Shown: positions 8,722 to 17,135 of the stretch, piece by piece | Layout: every line of letters starts with the position of its first letter | Position numbering within the stretch: position 1 is the stretch's first letter | DNA from: Armatimonadota bacterium | Lineage (GTDB): Bacteria; Armatimonadota; UBA10988 | NCBI GenBank assembly: GCA_016235455.1 | Contig: JACRKZ010000055.1 | Span: 1-56,618 of the forward strand | Direction of reading: 5' to 3' | DNA length: 56,618 nt | Position numbers and translations under genes: made by a program | Notes under the pieces: generated by a model | The model's input: only the letters and a program-made list of their open reading frames with translations | What the model was told of the DNA's origin: nothing | Databases searched by the model: none

Positions 8722-8764
8722 GCCATTGTAGCATCCGATCCGACTCGACCGGTGCTACAATGGC
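8722..8764. promoter_or_regulatory. Symmetric divergent promoter (12-bp inverted repeat, each arm an extended -10 TGcTACAAT)
   Basis: GCCATTGTAGCA-19 nt-TGCTACAATGGC between the divergent prepilin gene and hisC. Confidence 0.55.
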
Positions 8765-8792
8765 TCCCCGAGCCAAATTGCGAAGGAGAATC

Positions 8793-9917
8793 ATGGTGAT
8801 TGGCAGCGACTCCCGGAACGGCATTGCGTCTTGCGTCAAGCCGCAGGTGCACGCGTTGACCCCGTACTCGCCGGGCAAGCCAATCCATGAGGTGCAGCGC
8901 GAGCTGGGCCTGACCGACGTAATCAAGCTGGCCAGCAACGAGAACCCGTTCGGGCCGGCGCCGGCCGTCGTCGAGGCGGTGCGCGCGGCGGTGCCCGACA
9001 TCAACTACTATCCCGACGCGGGCAGCATGGACCTGCGCGCCAAGCTGGCCGAGCGCCACGGGGTGAGCATCGACCACCTGTCCATGGGCAACGGCTCGGA
9101 CGAGATCCTGCAGTTGGTCGGCTATGCCGTGCTGGACCGCGACGACGAGCTGGTCATCGGCGACCCGACCTTCGCGCGCTACGCGCCGCAAGCGGTCATC
9201 AACGGTGCCCGCGCGGTCAAGGTGCCGCTGAAGGACTACACGCACGACGTCGAGGCCATGGCCGCCGCCTGCGGGCCGCGCACCAAAGCCATCTTCCTGG
9301 CCAATCCGCACAATCCCGCCGGCACGTACGTCGGCGATAGCGCCATCGAGTGGCTGCTGGACAACGTGCCCGAGCACACGCTGGTGGTGCTCGACGAAGC
9401 CTACTACGAGTTCGTCGACCACGCCGACGCCGGCCGCTCGCAGGCCATGGCGCTGGCGCGCCCCAATGTGATGATCCTGCGCACGTTCTCCAAGATCCAC
9501 GCCCTCGCGGCGCTGCGCGTGGGCTACGCCCTGGCCCGGCCCGAGCTGACGCGCTGGCTGGAACAGGTGCGCGAGCCGTTCAACGTCAACAGCCTGGCCC
9601 AAGTGGCCGCGCTGGCGGCGCTCGACGACCGCGACCATGTGGCCAACACCGTCGCGGCCAACGCCGCCGGCCGCCAGCGCTACGCCGAGGGCTGCGCCGC
9701 GTTGGGTGTGCGGGCCATCCCGTCACAGGCCAACTTCACGCTGATGGAAGTCGGCGCCGAGCGTGAGCAGACGGTCTACATGGGCCTCATGCGCCGCGGC
9801 GTCATCGTGCGCAACTGCACGCCGCTGGGCCTGCCCGGCCACATCCGTGTGACCATCGGCACGCCTGAGCAGTGCGAGCGCTTCCTGGAAGCCTTCGCCG
9901 AGGCGCTGAACGACTGA
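8793..9917 (+). CDS. hisC: Histidinol-phosphate aminotransferase
   Basis: PYSPGKP, KLASNENPFG, GNGSDE, NPHNPAG, LDEAY, RTFSKIHALAALRVGY; AAGGAG RBS. Confidence 0.95.
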   Translation: MVIGSDSRNGIASCVKPQVHALTPYSPGKPIHEVQRELGLTDVIKLASNENPFGPAPAVVEAVRAAVPDINYYPDAGSMDLRAKLAERHGVSIDHLSMGNGSDEILQLVGYAVLDRDDELVIGDPTFARYAPQAVINGARAVKVPLKDYTHDVEAMAAACGPRTKAIFLANPHNPAGTYVGDSAIEWLLDNVPEHTLVVLDEAYYEFVDHADAGRSQAMALARPNVMILRTFSKIHALAALRVGYALARPELTRWLEQVREPFNVNSLAQVAALAALDDRDHVANTVAANAAGRQRYAEGCAALGVRAIPSQANFTLMEVGAEREQTVYMGLMRRGVIVRNCTPLGLPGHIRVTIGTPEQCERFLEAFAEALND

Positions 9918-10025
9918 TTCCCACCGGGGTGACCCACCGTGGCCGCCCTGCCGCCGGACCGGTGGGCAGGACGGCCGCGGCGGGTCGGCTCGACGGTGTG
10001 TCTGACCAGAAGTGAGGCCGCGATC

Positions 10026-10895
10026 GTGTTTGAGCGTGTCGCCATCCTGGGCGTCGGGCTGATCGGCGGCTCGTTCGGCCTGGCTCTGCGCGCGCGCGGG
10101 CTGGCCGGCGAGGTGGTCGCCTACTCGCGCACGCCGGCCACGCGCGAGTCGGCGGTGGCGCTGGGCGCGGCCACGCACAGCGCCGACTCGCCGCAAGCCT
10201 GCGTCGAAGGCGCGGATCTCGTCTATCTGGCCACGCCGGTGGATGCGGTGCTACCCACGCTGCACGCGCTGCTGCCGCATCTGCGGCCCGGCTGCCTGGT
10301 CACCGATGCGGCCAGCTCCAAGGGGCTGATCGTGGCCGCCGCCGACTCACTGGATCTGGGCTTGGCGCGGTTCGTCGGCGGGCATCCGATGACCGGCAAG
10401 GCCAGCACCGGTGTGGAGGCGGCCGATGCCGACCTGTTCGTCGACCGCGCCTATGCCTTCACGCCCACCGCGCACACCGACCCCGCCGCGCTGGCGCGCA
10501 TGGTGGCGCTGGCCGAGGCCATCGGCTCACGCGTGCTGACGCTGACTCCGGCCGAGCATGACTCGGCGGTGGCCACCGTGTCACACTTGCCGCATGTGCT
10601 GGCCTACTCGCTGGTGTTGCTCACCGAGCAGCGCCGCGCGGCGGGCGAGCCGGTGTTCGAGCTGGCCGCGGGTTCCTGGGAGAGCCTGACCCGCGTGGCC
10701 GCCAGCACGCCGTCGTTGTGGCGCGAGATCCTGCTGTCCAACCGCGACGCCGTCGTGGCCGCGCTGTCGGATTACCAGAAGACCGTCAGTCAGTTGACCG
10801 ATCTGCTGGCCGCGGGCGACGGCCCGGCGCTCGAAGCGCTGCTGGCCGCCGCGCAGGTCTGCAAGGCCGACCATCCCGGCCGAGGTGCGCGATGA
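10026..10895 (+). CDS. tyrA: Prephenate/arogenate dehydrogenase
   Basis: GVGLIGGS Rossmann motif, FVGGHPMTG, EHDSAVATVSHLPH, TRVAAS. Confidence 0.93.
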   Translation: MFERVAILGVGLIGGSFGLALRARGLAGEVVAYSRTPATRESAVALGAATHSADSPQACVEGADLVYLATPVDAVLPTLHALLPHLRPGCLVTDAASSKGLIVAAADSLDLGLARFVGGHPMTGKASTGVEAADADLFVDRAYAFTPTAHTDPAALARMVALAEAIGSRVLTLTPAEHDSAVATVSHLPHVLAYSLVLLTEQRRAAGEPVFELAAGSWESLTRVAASTPSLWREILLSNRDAVVAALSDYQKTVSQLTDLLAAGDGPALEALLAAAQVCKADHPGRGAR

Positions 10896-12175
10896 TCCAG
10901 ATCCACCCAGCCCAGACCCCGCCGGTGGCCACCGTCCATCTGCCGGGCTCCAAGAGCTACACCAACCGCGCGCTGGCCGTGGCCGCCCTGGCCCACGGCC
11001 GGTCGACACTGCATGGCGCGCTGTTCTCCGACGATACCGACCACATGTCCGCGGCGCTCAACGAGCTGGGCATCCGCGTCGAGGCCGACCCGCGCGGGCA
11101 GACCATGACCGTCGAGGGCTGCGGCGGCGTGGTGCCGAGCGACGCCGCCACGCTGTTCTGCGGCAACGCCGGCACGGCGGTGCGGTTCCTGTTGGCGCTC
11201 TGCGCGCTGGGCCATGGACGCTATGTGATTGACGGCAATGCCCGCATGCGCGAGCGGCCGCAAGGCCCGCTGCTGGCCGCGCTGCGGCAGCTCGGCGCCG
11301 AGGTGACCAGCCAGTTCGGCAACGACTGCCCGCCGGTCACGCTGCAGGCCGGCGGCCTGCACGGCGGCACGCTGAGCATGGATGGCTCGCTGTCCAGCCA
11401 GTACTTCACCGCGCTCTGCCAGGTGGCCCCGTGCATGGCGCTCGGGCTCGATCTGCGGGTTGAGGGCGACCTGGTCAGCAAGCCCTATCTGGACATGACC
11501 GCCGACGTCATGGCCGCCTTCGGCGTGACCATGGTCAATGAGTCTTACGGCCGCTTCATCGTCGCCCCGGGCCAGGCTTACCAGGCGACCGACTACCACA
11601 TCGAGCCCGACGCCTCGGGCGCCAGCTACTTCCTGGGCGCAGCCGCGGTGACCGGCGGGTGCATCACGGTGCGGGGGCTGCACCGCAACTCGCGGCAAGG
11701 CGATGTGGCCTTCGCCGACGTGCTGGGCCAGATGGGCTGCACCGTGACCGACTCGCCCGACGGCCTGACCGTCCAGGGGCCGGCCCAGTTGCGCGGCGTG
11801 AGCGTGGACATGAACGCGGTCAGCGATACCGCGCTGACCCTGGCGGCCATCGCGCCGTTCGCCTCGACGCCCACCGAGATCCGTGGCATTGAGCACGCGC
11901 GCCGCCAGGAGTGCGACCGCGTGGCCGCCGTGGCCACCGAACTGGCGCGCCTGGGCGTGCGGGTCGAGGAGCGGCCAGACGGCTGGCGCATCGAGCCGGG
12001 CCAGCCCACGGGCGGCTCGGTGGAAACCTACGACGACCATCGCATGGCCATGAGCTTCGCGCTGATCGGGCTCAAGACGCCCGGCATTCAGATCCGCAAT
12101 CCCGAGTGCGTGCGCAAAACCTTCCCCTCCTTCTGGCACCGGTTCGCCGCGCTGACGCTACCGGGCCTGGCCTGA
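10892..12175 (+). CDS. aroA: 3-phosphoshikimate 1-carboxyvinyltransferase (EPSP synthase)
   Basis: PGSKSYTNR, GNAGTAVRF, RMRERP, SSQY, ECDR, DDHRMAM, KTFP; ATGA overlap with tyrA. Confidence 0.96.
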   Translation: MIQIHPAQTPPVATVHLPGSKSYTNRALAVAALAHGRSTLHGALFSDDTDHMSAALNELGIRVEADPRGQTMTVEGCGGVVPSDAATLFCGNAGTAVRFLLALCALGHGRYVIDGNARMRERPQGPLLAALRQLGAEVTSQFGNDCPPVTLQAGGLHGGTLSMDGSLSSQYFTALCQVAPCMALGLDLRVEGDLVSKPYLDMTADVMAAFGVTMVNESYGRFIVAPGQAYQATDYHIEPDASGASYFLGAAAVTGGCITVRGLHRNSRQGDVAFADVLGQMGCTVTDSPDGLTVQGPAQLRGVSVDMNAVSDTALTLAAIAPFASTPTEIRGIEHARRQECDRVAAVATELARLGVRVEERPDGWRIEPGQPTGGSVETYDDHRMAMSFALIGLKTPGIQIRNPECVRKTFPSFWHRFAALTLPGLA

Positions 12176-12194
12176 CCGTCTGGAGCCGCCCACT

Positions 12195-12881
12195 GTGAGC
12201 ACACCGTATCAGCAGATCGCCATCGATGGCCCCGCCGGCACGGGCAAGAGCACCGTGGCCAAACGCGTCGCCGAGACGCTGGGCTACACCTTCGTCGATA
12301 CCGGCGCACTCTACCGCTGCGTGGCCCTGGCCGCCATCGAGGCCGGCCTGTCGCTGGAGCAGGCGGAGGCCATTGGCGAGCTGGCCCGCGGCGCGCGCAT
12401 CCGCTTCGGCGCGCTGGTCGACGGCCGGCAGCCGGTCTGGCTGGACGATGTCGACGTCACCGCGCGCATCCGCGAGCGCGACGTGGACACGCTCTGCTCG
12501 CCGGTCAGCGCCATCCCGCCGGTGCGGGCGGCCCTGCTCGACCAGCAGCGTGGCTTCGCGCAGGCCGGGCCGGTGGTCATGGAGGGCCGCGACATCCAGA
12601 CCGTGGTGCTGCCCGAGGCGCAGGTCAAAGTCTTCCTCACCGCCAGCCCCGGTGTGCGGGCCCAGCGCCGGTTCGACCAGCTGGCGCCCGGCAGCGCCAC
12701 GCTGGCCGAGATCGAGCACAATGTCCGTGAGCGCGATGAGCGCGACAGCTCGCGCGAGCTGGCCCCGCTGCGGCCGGCGGACGACGCGGTCCACATCGAC
12801 ACCGACCCGCTGACCATCGACCAGGTGACCGAGCGCATCGTGGCGCTGGCCCGCGAGCGCCAGGGAGGCAGCCTTGGCTGA
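12195..12881 (+). CDS. cmk: Cytidylate kinase
   Basis: IAIDGPAGTGKST, DTGALYR, VMEGRDI, RDERDSSRELAPL. Confidence 0.95.
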   Translation: MSTPYQQIAIDGPAGTGKSTVAKRVAETLGYTFVDTGALYRCVALAAIEAGLSLEQAEAIGELARGARIRFGALVDGRQPVWLDDVDVTARIRERDVDTLCSPVSAIPPVRAALLDQQRGFAQAGPVVMEGRDIQTVVLPEAQVKVFLTASPGVRAQRRFDQLAPGSATLAEIEHNVRERDERDSSRELAPLRPADDAVHIDTDPLTIDQVTERIVALARERQGGSLG

Positions 12882-13596
12882 CGAACCACGACCCGCCAAG
12901 AAGCGCACGCCCCGGCCGCCGACCTGCTTCGGCGTGCTGCGCTTCACCCAGGCCGGGTGCAACCTGCTCTTTGGCGGGCTGCACCAGATGCAGGTGCATG
13001 GCCGTGAGTACATCCCACGCTCGGGCCCGGCGGTGCTCATGGGCAACCACGAGAGCTTCCTCGACCCGCTGCTGATCATCCAGCTCACCATGCGGCCCAT
13101 TCTGTTCGCCGCCAAGGAGGAGCTGTTCGAGGTGTGGAACGGCTACCTCTTCCCGCGCCTCAACTGCATCCCGGTCAAGCGCGGCACCGCCGACATGGCC
13201 ATGTTCCGGGCCGCGGCCCGGCACCTCAAGCGAGGCCGACTCTTCGGCCTGTTCCCCGAAGGCACCCGCAGCCCCGACGGCGTCATCGGACCGGCGCAGC
13301 CCGGCGCCATCGCCATCGCGCTGTGGTCGGGCGTGCCCATCATCCCCATCGGCATGGCCGGCACCCACAGCGTGCTGCCGCGCCAGGGCGGCTACACCCG
13401 CCTGCCCATCGGCATCGAGGCTGGCCCGCCACTCGTCTTCGGCGATGCCCTGCGCTCACCCAAGGTCAGCAAGGACGAGATCGAGCTGGTCGGACGCCGC
13501 GTCATGGACGAGATCGCCCGGCTCAAACGGCGCATCGAGCAGCGCCTCGGCTATACGGACGATACCGCAGGGTGTAACCCGCCGAGCAATGCCTGA
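12874..13596 (+). CDS. plsC: 1-acyl-sn-glycerol-3-phosphate acyltransferase
   Basis: NHESFLD (HX4D) and FPEGTRS motifs; follows cmk. Confidence 0.9.
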   Translation: MADEPRPAKKRTPRPPTCFGVLRFTQAGCNLLFGGLHQMQVHGREYIPRSGPAVLMGNHESFLDPLLIIQLTMRPILFAAKEELFEVWNGYLFPRLNCIPVKRGTADMAMFRAAARHLKRGRLFGLFPEGTRSPDGVIGPAQPGAIAIALWSGVPIIPIGMAGTHSVLPRQGGYTRLPIGIEAGPPLVFGDALRSPKVSKDEIELVGRRVMDEIARLKRRIEQRLGYTDDTAGCNPPSNA

Positions 13597-13661
13597 CTCC
13601 TCCAGGTCAAGACACGGCCACGGCAGGTCCGCGGCCGGTGAGCGATACGAGGAGAGAAGCG

Positions 13662-14189
13662 ATGACGCGCAAAGCGTGGATGGTCGTAGGCGGTGTGCTG
13701 GTCCTGGCGCTGGTCGTCGGTGGCGCGAGAGCCGCGGGCGACAAGGCGGAGCGAGCCGGTGACCGCGTGGCCAAGGCGGCCGACAAGGGCGGCGAGTTCG
13801 GCCCGCTGGGCCAGATGCTGGGCCGAGCCGCGGCCAAGCTGGAGCTGACGGACGCCCAGAAGGCTGAGATCAAGACCAAAGTCGCCACCCACCGCGAGGA
13901 GATCGTCGGCGCGCTGGGCAAGGTGCGAGACGCCACGCGCCGGCTGGATGACCTGACGCTGGCTGAGCCACTGGATCAGGAAGCGGTGCGCTCCGCCGCG
14001 ACGCAACTGGGCCAGGCGCTGGGCGACGCGGCGCTGGTCAAGGCCAAGGTCCTGGCCGAGATCAAGCCGCTCCTGACTCCCGAGCAGATCGACCGACTCA
14101 AGACGCTCCGCGCCGACACGCGCGGCAAGATCGACAAGGCTGTGGGCCAGCCCAAGGTGGGCCAGCCCAAGCGCGACAAGGCGAAGTAG
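13662..14189 (+). CDS. Spy/CpxP family periplasmic protein
   Basis: Signal peptide, LELTDAQK and LLTPEQ (LTxxQ) motifs. Confidence 0.8.
   Translation: MTRKAWMVVGGVLVLALVVGGARAAGDKAERAGDRVAKAADKGGEFGPLGQMLGRAAAKLELTDAQKAEIKTKVATHREEIVGALGKVRDATRRLDDLTLAEPLDQEAVRSAATQLGQALGDAALVKAKVLAEIKPLLTPEQIDRLKTLRADTRGKIDKAVGQPKVGQPKRDKAK
14142..14171 (+). repeat. 15-bp in-frame tandem duplication (VGQPK x2)
   Basis: GTGGGCCAGCCCAAG repeated twice exactly near the 3' end of the Spy/CpxP gene. Confidence 0.9.
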
Positions 14190-14203
14190 AGAGGTTGGCC
14201 GCG

Positions 14204-14827
14204 GTGAGTTCGACCGAAGTGGCCTGGCAGTCGGTGGGTTCCAGCGTTTCGATGCTGGAGCCCCCCGACCTCGACGCCCGCGACGTGCGCATGTCGCTGG
14301 GTGGCGACCCCGACTCGTTCGAGCGACTCGTGCGCCGGCACCAGGCAGCGATTGGCCGGCTGATGTGGCGGTTCGCCCGCAACGCCGCCGACCAGGACGA
14401 ACTGACCCAGGAGGTCTTCGTCACGGCCTGGACAGCGCTACGCACCTGGCGCGGCACGGGCAGCTTCGAACGCTGGTTGCGGCGCATCGCGGTGCGCGTG
14501 GGCTATGCCTACTGGCGTCGTCGTGGCAAGGACGCCGCCCGCCTCGAGTTCGCCGAGACCGTGGACGAACTGGTCGACCAGGGCGCCGCCCTGGTCGACC
14601 GCGAGCGGCACGCGGCCGACGACGCGGCGCGCGAGGCGGGCGAGCTGGTGCACCGCCTGCTGGCCCGGCTGAGCGACCGCGACCGGTTGGTGCTGACGCT
14701 GTTGCACCTCGAAGGATTGAGCGTGGCGGAGATAGGCGAAGCCACGGGCTGGAGCCAGAGCCTGGTCAAGGTTCAGGCCCACCGCGCGCGCGCCCGCCTC
14801 AAGAAGCTGATGGAGGCTGAATCATGA
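14204..14827 (+). CDS. ECF RNA polymerase sigma factor (start uncertain, 14195-14252)
   Basis: SFERLVRRHQ, DELTQEVF, SFERWLRRIA (region 2); LEGLSVAEIG..VKVQAHRARARL (region 4). Confidence 0.92.
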   Translation: MSSTEVAWQSVGSSVSMLEPPDLDARDVRMSLGGDPDSFERLVRRHQAAIGRLMWRFARNAADQDELTQEVFVTAWTALRTWRGTGSFERWLRRIAVRVGYAYWRRRGKDAARLEFAETVDELVDQGAALVDRERHAADDAAREAGELVHRLLARLSDRDRLVLTLLHLEGLSVAEIGEATGWSQSLVKVQAHRARARLKKLMEAES

Positions 14828-15093
14828 GTACCTCCGGAGACAGGTTGGAGGTCTTCGACCGCCTGGCCGAGCTGGCCTGCCGCGAGAATCCGCCACTGCC
14901 CGATGTGGTGGCGCGCGTGCGGCAGCGGGTCATGGTGCGCTGCCTCCGCGAACCGTTGTTGCCGCGTTGGGCCTTCGGCCTGACCGGTGCCCTGGGCCTC
15001 GTGGCCTGCACCTGCGGCTGGATTGGCTGGCAGGCCTGGTCGCTGGCGGCCGACCCGCTCGGCGGCTGGTTGCTGAGCACGGTGGTGAGCTGA
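14824..15093 (+). CDS. Small single-TM protein, probable anti-sigma factor
   Basis: Overlaps the sigma stop codon; short N-terminal domain (PDVVARVRQRV) plus one TM helix. Confidence 0.65.
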   Translation: MSTSGDRLEVFDRLAELACRENPPLPDVVARVRQRVMVRCLREPLLPRWAFGLTGALGLVACTCGWIGWQAWSLAADPLGGWLLSTVVS

Positions 15094-15095
15094 TC

Positions 15096-15668
15096 ATGAG
15101 CGACGAACCCACGCCTCGCGGCGAGGACACTGTGGAAGCCACGCCCGTTGTGGCGGACGAAACCGGCGACCTGGGCCCGACGCCCGCCGCCCGCGCTGTC
15201 CGGCGACGCGCACTGCTGCTGGTGCTGGTCGGACTGCTGCTGTTTGGCAGCGGCATGGTCACCGGCGCCGGGCTGCTGGCCCACTCGCTGGGCCGGCGCA
15301 TGAAGCGCATGGCGGACAATCCAGGGCAGGTGGCCGCCGCGGCCATGACCCGCCAGCTCAATCTGAGCGCTGCCCAGCGCGTGCAAGTCGACGCCATCCT
15401 GGAGAAGCACCGCAACGACTTCGCCGCCGTGCGCAAACTGATGGCCGAGAACTATCGATCCATGGCCGACGAGGTGAAGGCCGTCCTGACCCCCGCCCAA
15501 CAGGCCACCTTCGACCAGATGCTGGCCCGCATGCGCAAAGTGGGCATGATGGGCGGACCCGGCGACCATCGCCATGGCCCCGGTGGCGGCCCCCGCGACT
15601 GGCGTCCGCCCGGCCCGCCACCGCCCGGCGCACCGCCTGGCGGCCCGCCCCGCGACGGCCCGCACTGA
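15096..15668 (+). CDS. Membrane-anchored Spy/CpxP / periplasmic metal-sensor-like protein
   Basis: TM helix then LNLSAAQR..VLTPAQQ LTxxQ-type motifs; Gly/Pro-rich tail. Confidence 0.7.
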   Translation: MSDEPTPRGEDTVEATPVVADETGDLGPTPAARAVRRRALLLVLVGLLLFGSGMVTGAGLLAHSLGRRMKRMADNPGQVAAAAMTRQLNLSAAQRVQVDAILEKHRNDFAAVRKLMAENYRSMADEVKAVLTPAQQATFDQMLARMRKVGMMGGPGDHRHGPGGGPRDWRPPGPPPPGAPPGGPPRDGPH

Positions 15669-15815
15669 GGAGCTAGCGGCGGGCGTCGGGCGGAGCCATC
15701 CGACGCCCGCGACGAGGGCAGCCGTTGGCGTCTCACGCGGGTTGGCCTATACTCAGCAATCGGCTGCGTCATGCAAGTGATGCGTACGGCTCGATGAGGC
15801 GCAGCGGCAGGGCTC

Positions 15816-16853
15816 ATGGCGGACCAAACACCCATACTCGTACAGGATATCTATGCGCCGCTCGGATCGGCGTTTACCCCCTCCATGCTGACCGCGCGCT
15901 ACGCGCCGGGCGCGGGCTGGTACGGCAAGAGCATCGGCTCGCGCCGGCCCTTGCAGCTCGATCCCGCGACGGTGGGCCTGCACTATGGCCAGGCAGCGTT
16001 CGAAGGGCTCAAGGCCTATCGTCAGCCCGGCGGCGGGCTGGCGCTGTTCCGGCCGCTCGAGTATGCCAGGCGCCTCGCCGCGAGTTGTGAGCGCATGGCC
16101 ATCCCGCCGGTCGACCCGGCGACCATGGTCGAGTGGTGGCGCGAGTTCTGTGACCATGAGCAGGCCCATCTGCGGCCCGGCCCGGACTCGGCCATCTACC
16201 TGCGGCCGCTGATCATCGCCACCGACTGCGTGCTCGGCGCGCGCCCATCGCGCGAGTACTTGCTGTTGCTGCTGGCCGTCCATTCCACGCCGCTGGCCGA
16301 CTCGTCCAAGCACCATCTGGATGTGCTGGTCACCACCGAGTTTGTGCGCTCCTCGCCTGGCGGGCTGGGCTCGGCCAAGACGCCCGGCAACTACGGCGCC
16401 GCCATGCGCGCGCTGCAGGCCGCGCGCGAGGCCGGCTGCGACCAGGTGCTCTGGCTCGACGCCGGCCGCCGCCGGTGGATCGAGGAACTCGGCTCGATGA
16501 ACGTGGCCTTCGTCATCGACAACACCCTGGTCACACCGCAGACCGGCGACACCATCCTGGCCGGCGTCACGCGCGACAGCATCCTGACCATCGCCAGAGA
16601 GCACGGCATCGGCTGCGAGGAGCGGCCAGTGGCGCTGGAAGAGGTCACCGCGGCGATGAGCTGGAAGGGCCTGACCGAGGCCTTCGCCTGCTCGACGGGC
16701 GCGGGCTTGACGCAGATCGGCTCGCTGCTCATCGGTCAACAGCGGCTCACGCTGCCGGCCGAGACGCCCGTGGCCGACCGGCTGCGCCGACTGCTGTCGG
16801 AGCTGGCGCACGGCCGCGCCGACGATCCCTGGGGCTGGCGACTGCCGGTGTAG
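15816..16853 (+). CDS. ilvE: Branched-chain amino acid aminotransferase
   Basis: LHYGQAAFEGLKAY, IYLRP, AKTPGNY (PLP Lys), IEELGSMN, ILAGVTRDS. Confidence 0.9.
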   Translation: MADQTPILVQDIYAPLGSAFTPSMLTARYAPGAGWYGKSIGSRRPLQLDPATVGLHYGQAAFEGLKAYRQPGGGLALFRPLEYARRLAASCERMAIPPVDPATMVEWWREFCDHEQAHLRPGPDSAIYLRPLIIATDCVLGARPSREYLLLLLAVHSTPLADSSKHHLDVLVTTEFVRSSPGGLGSAKTPGNYGAAMRALQAAREAGCDQVLWLDAGRRRWIEELGSMNVAFVIDNTLVTPQTGDTILAGVTRDSILTIAREHGIGCEERPVALEEVTAAMSWKGLTEAFACSTGAGLTQIGSLLIGQQRLTLPAETPVADRLRRLLSELAHGRADDPWGWRLPV

Positions 16854-17098
16854 GGCGAGGCGCAGCGACCAGGCGTCGTCAGCGGGCCACCGTCGGCACG
16901 ACGCCAGCTACGATGGCTTTCATGCTATCGCCGATCCAGGGCAACCGCGCCTCTGACCGCGCGGGGTGCATGTCAGGTCTCTGAGCGGGCCGGCGCAGGG
17001 CCGCGGCCGCAGCAGCGATCGCGGCTCTGGCGTGGAGCGATCGCCCCACGCCAGGGCCGCCACATCGGGCTCCGCCCCACGCCACGCGCGCTGCTAAG

Positions 17099-17127
17099 TT
17101 GACCAGACCGGCCCTCGCCCTTAGAAT
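17099..17127 (+). promoter_or_regulatory. sigma70-type promoter of carA
   Basis: TTGACC-17 nt-TAGAAT, 8 nt before ATG 17136. Confidence 0.7.
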
Positions 17128-17135
17128 GCCAGTGG

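Noticed and set aside
8016-9917. Apparent long overlap of ORFs 8016..9638 (-) and 8112..9917 (+)
   Set aside because: Both are over-extended; the true starts are 8702 (-) and 8793 (+), each with an RBS, giving ordinary divergent genes
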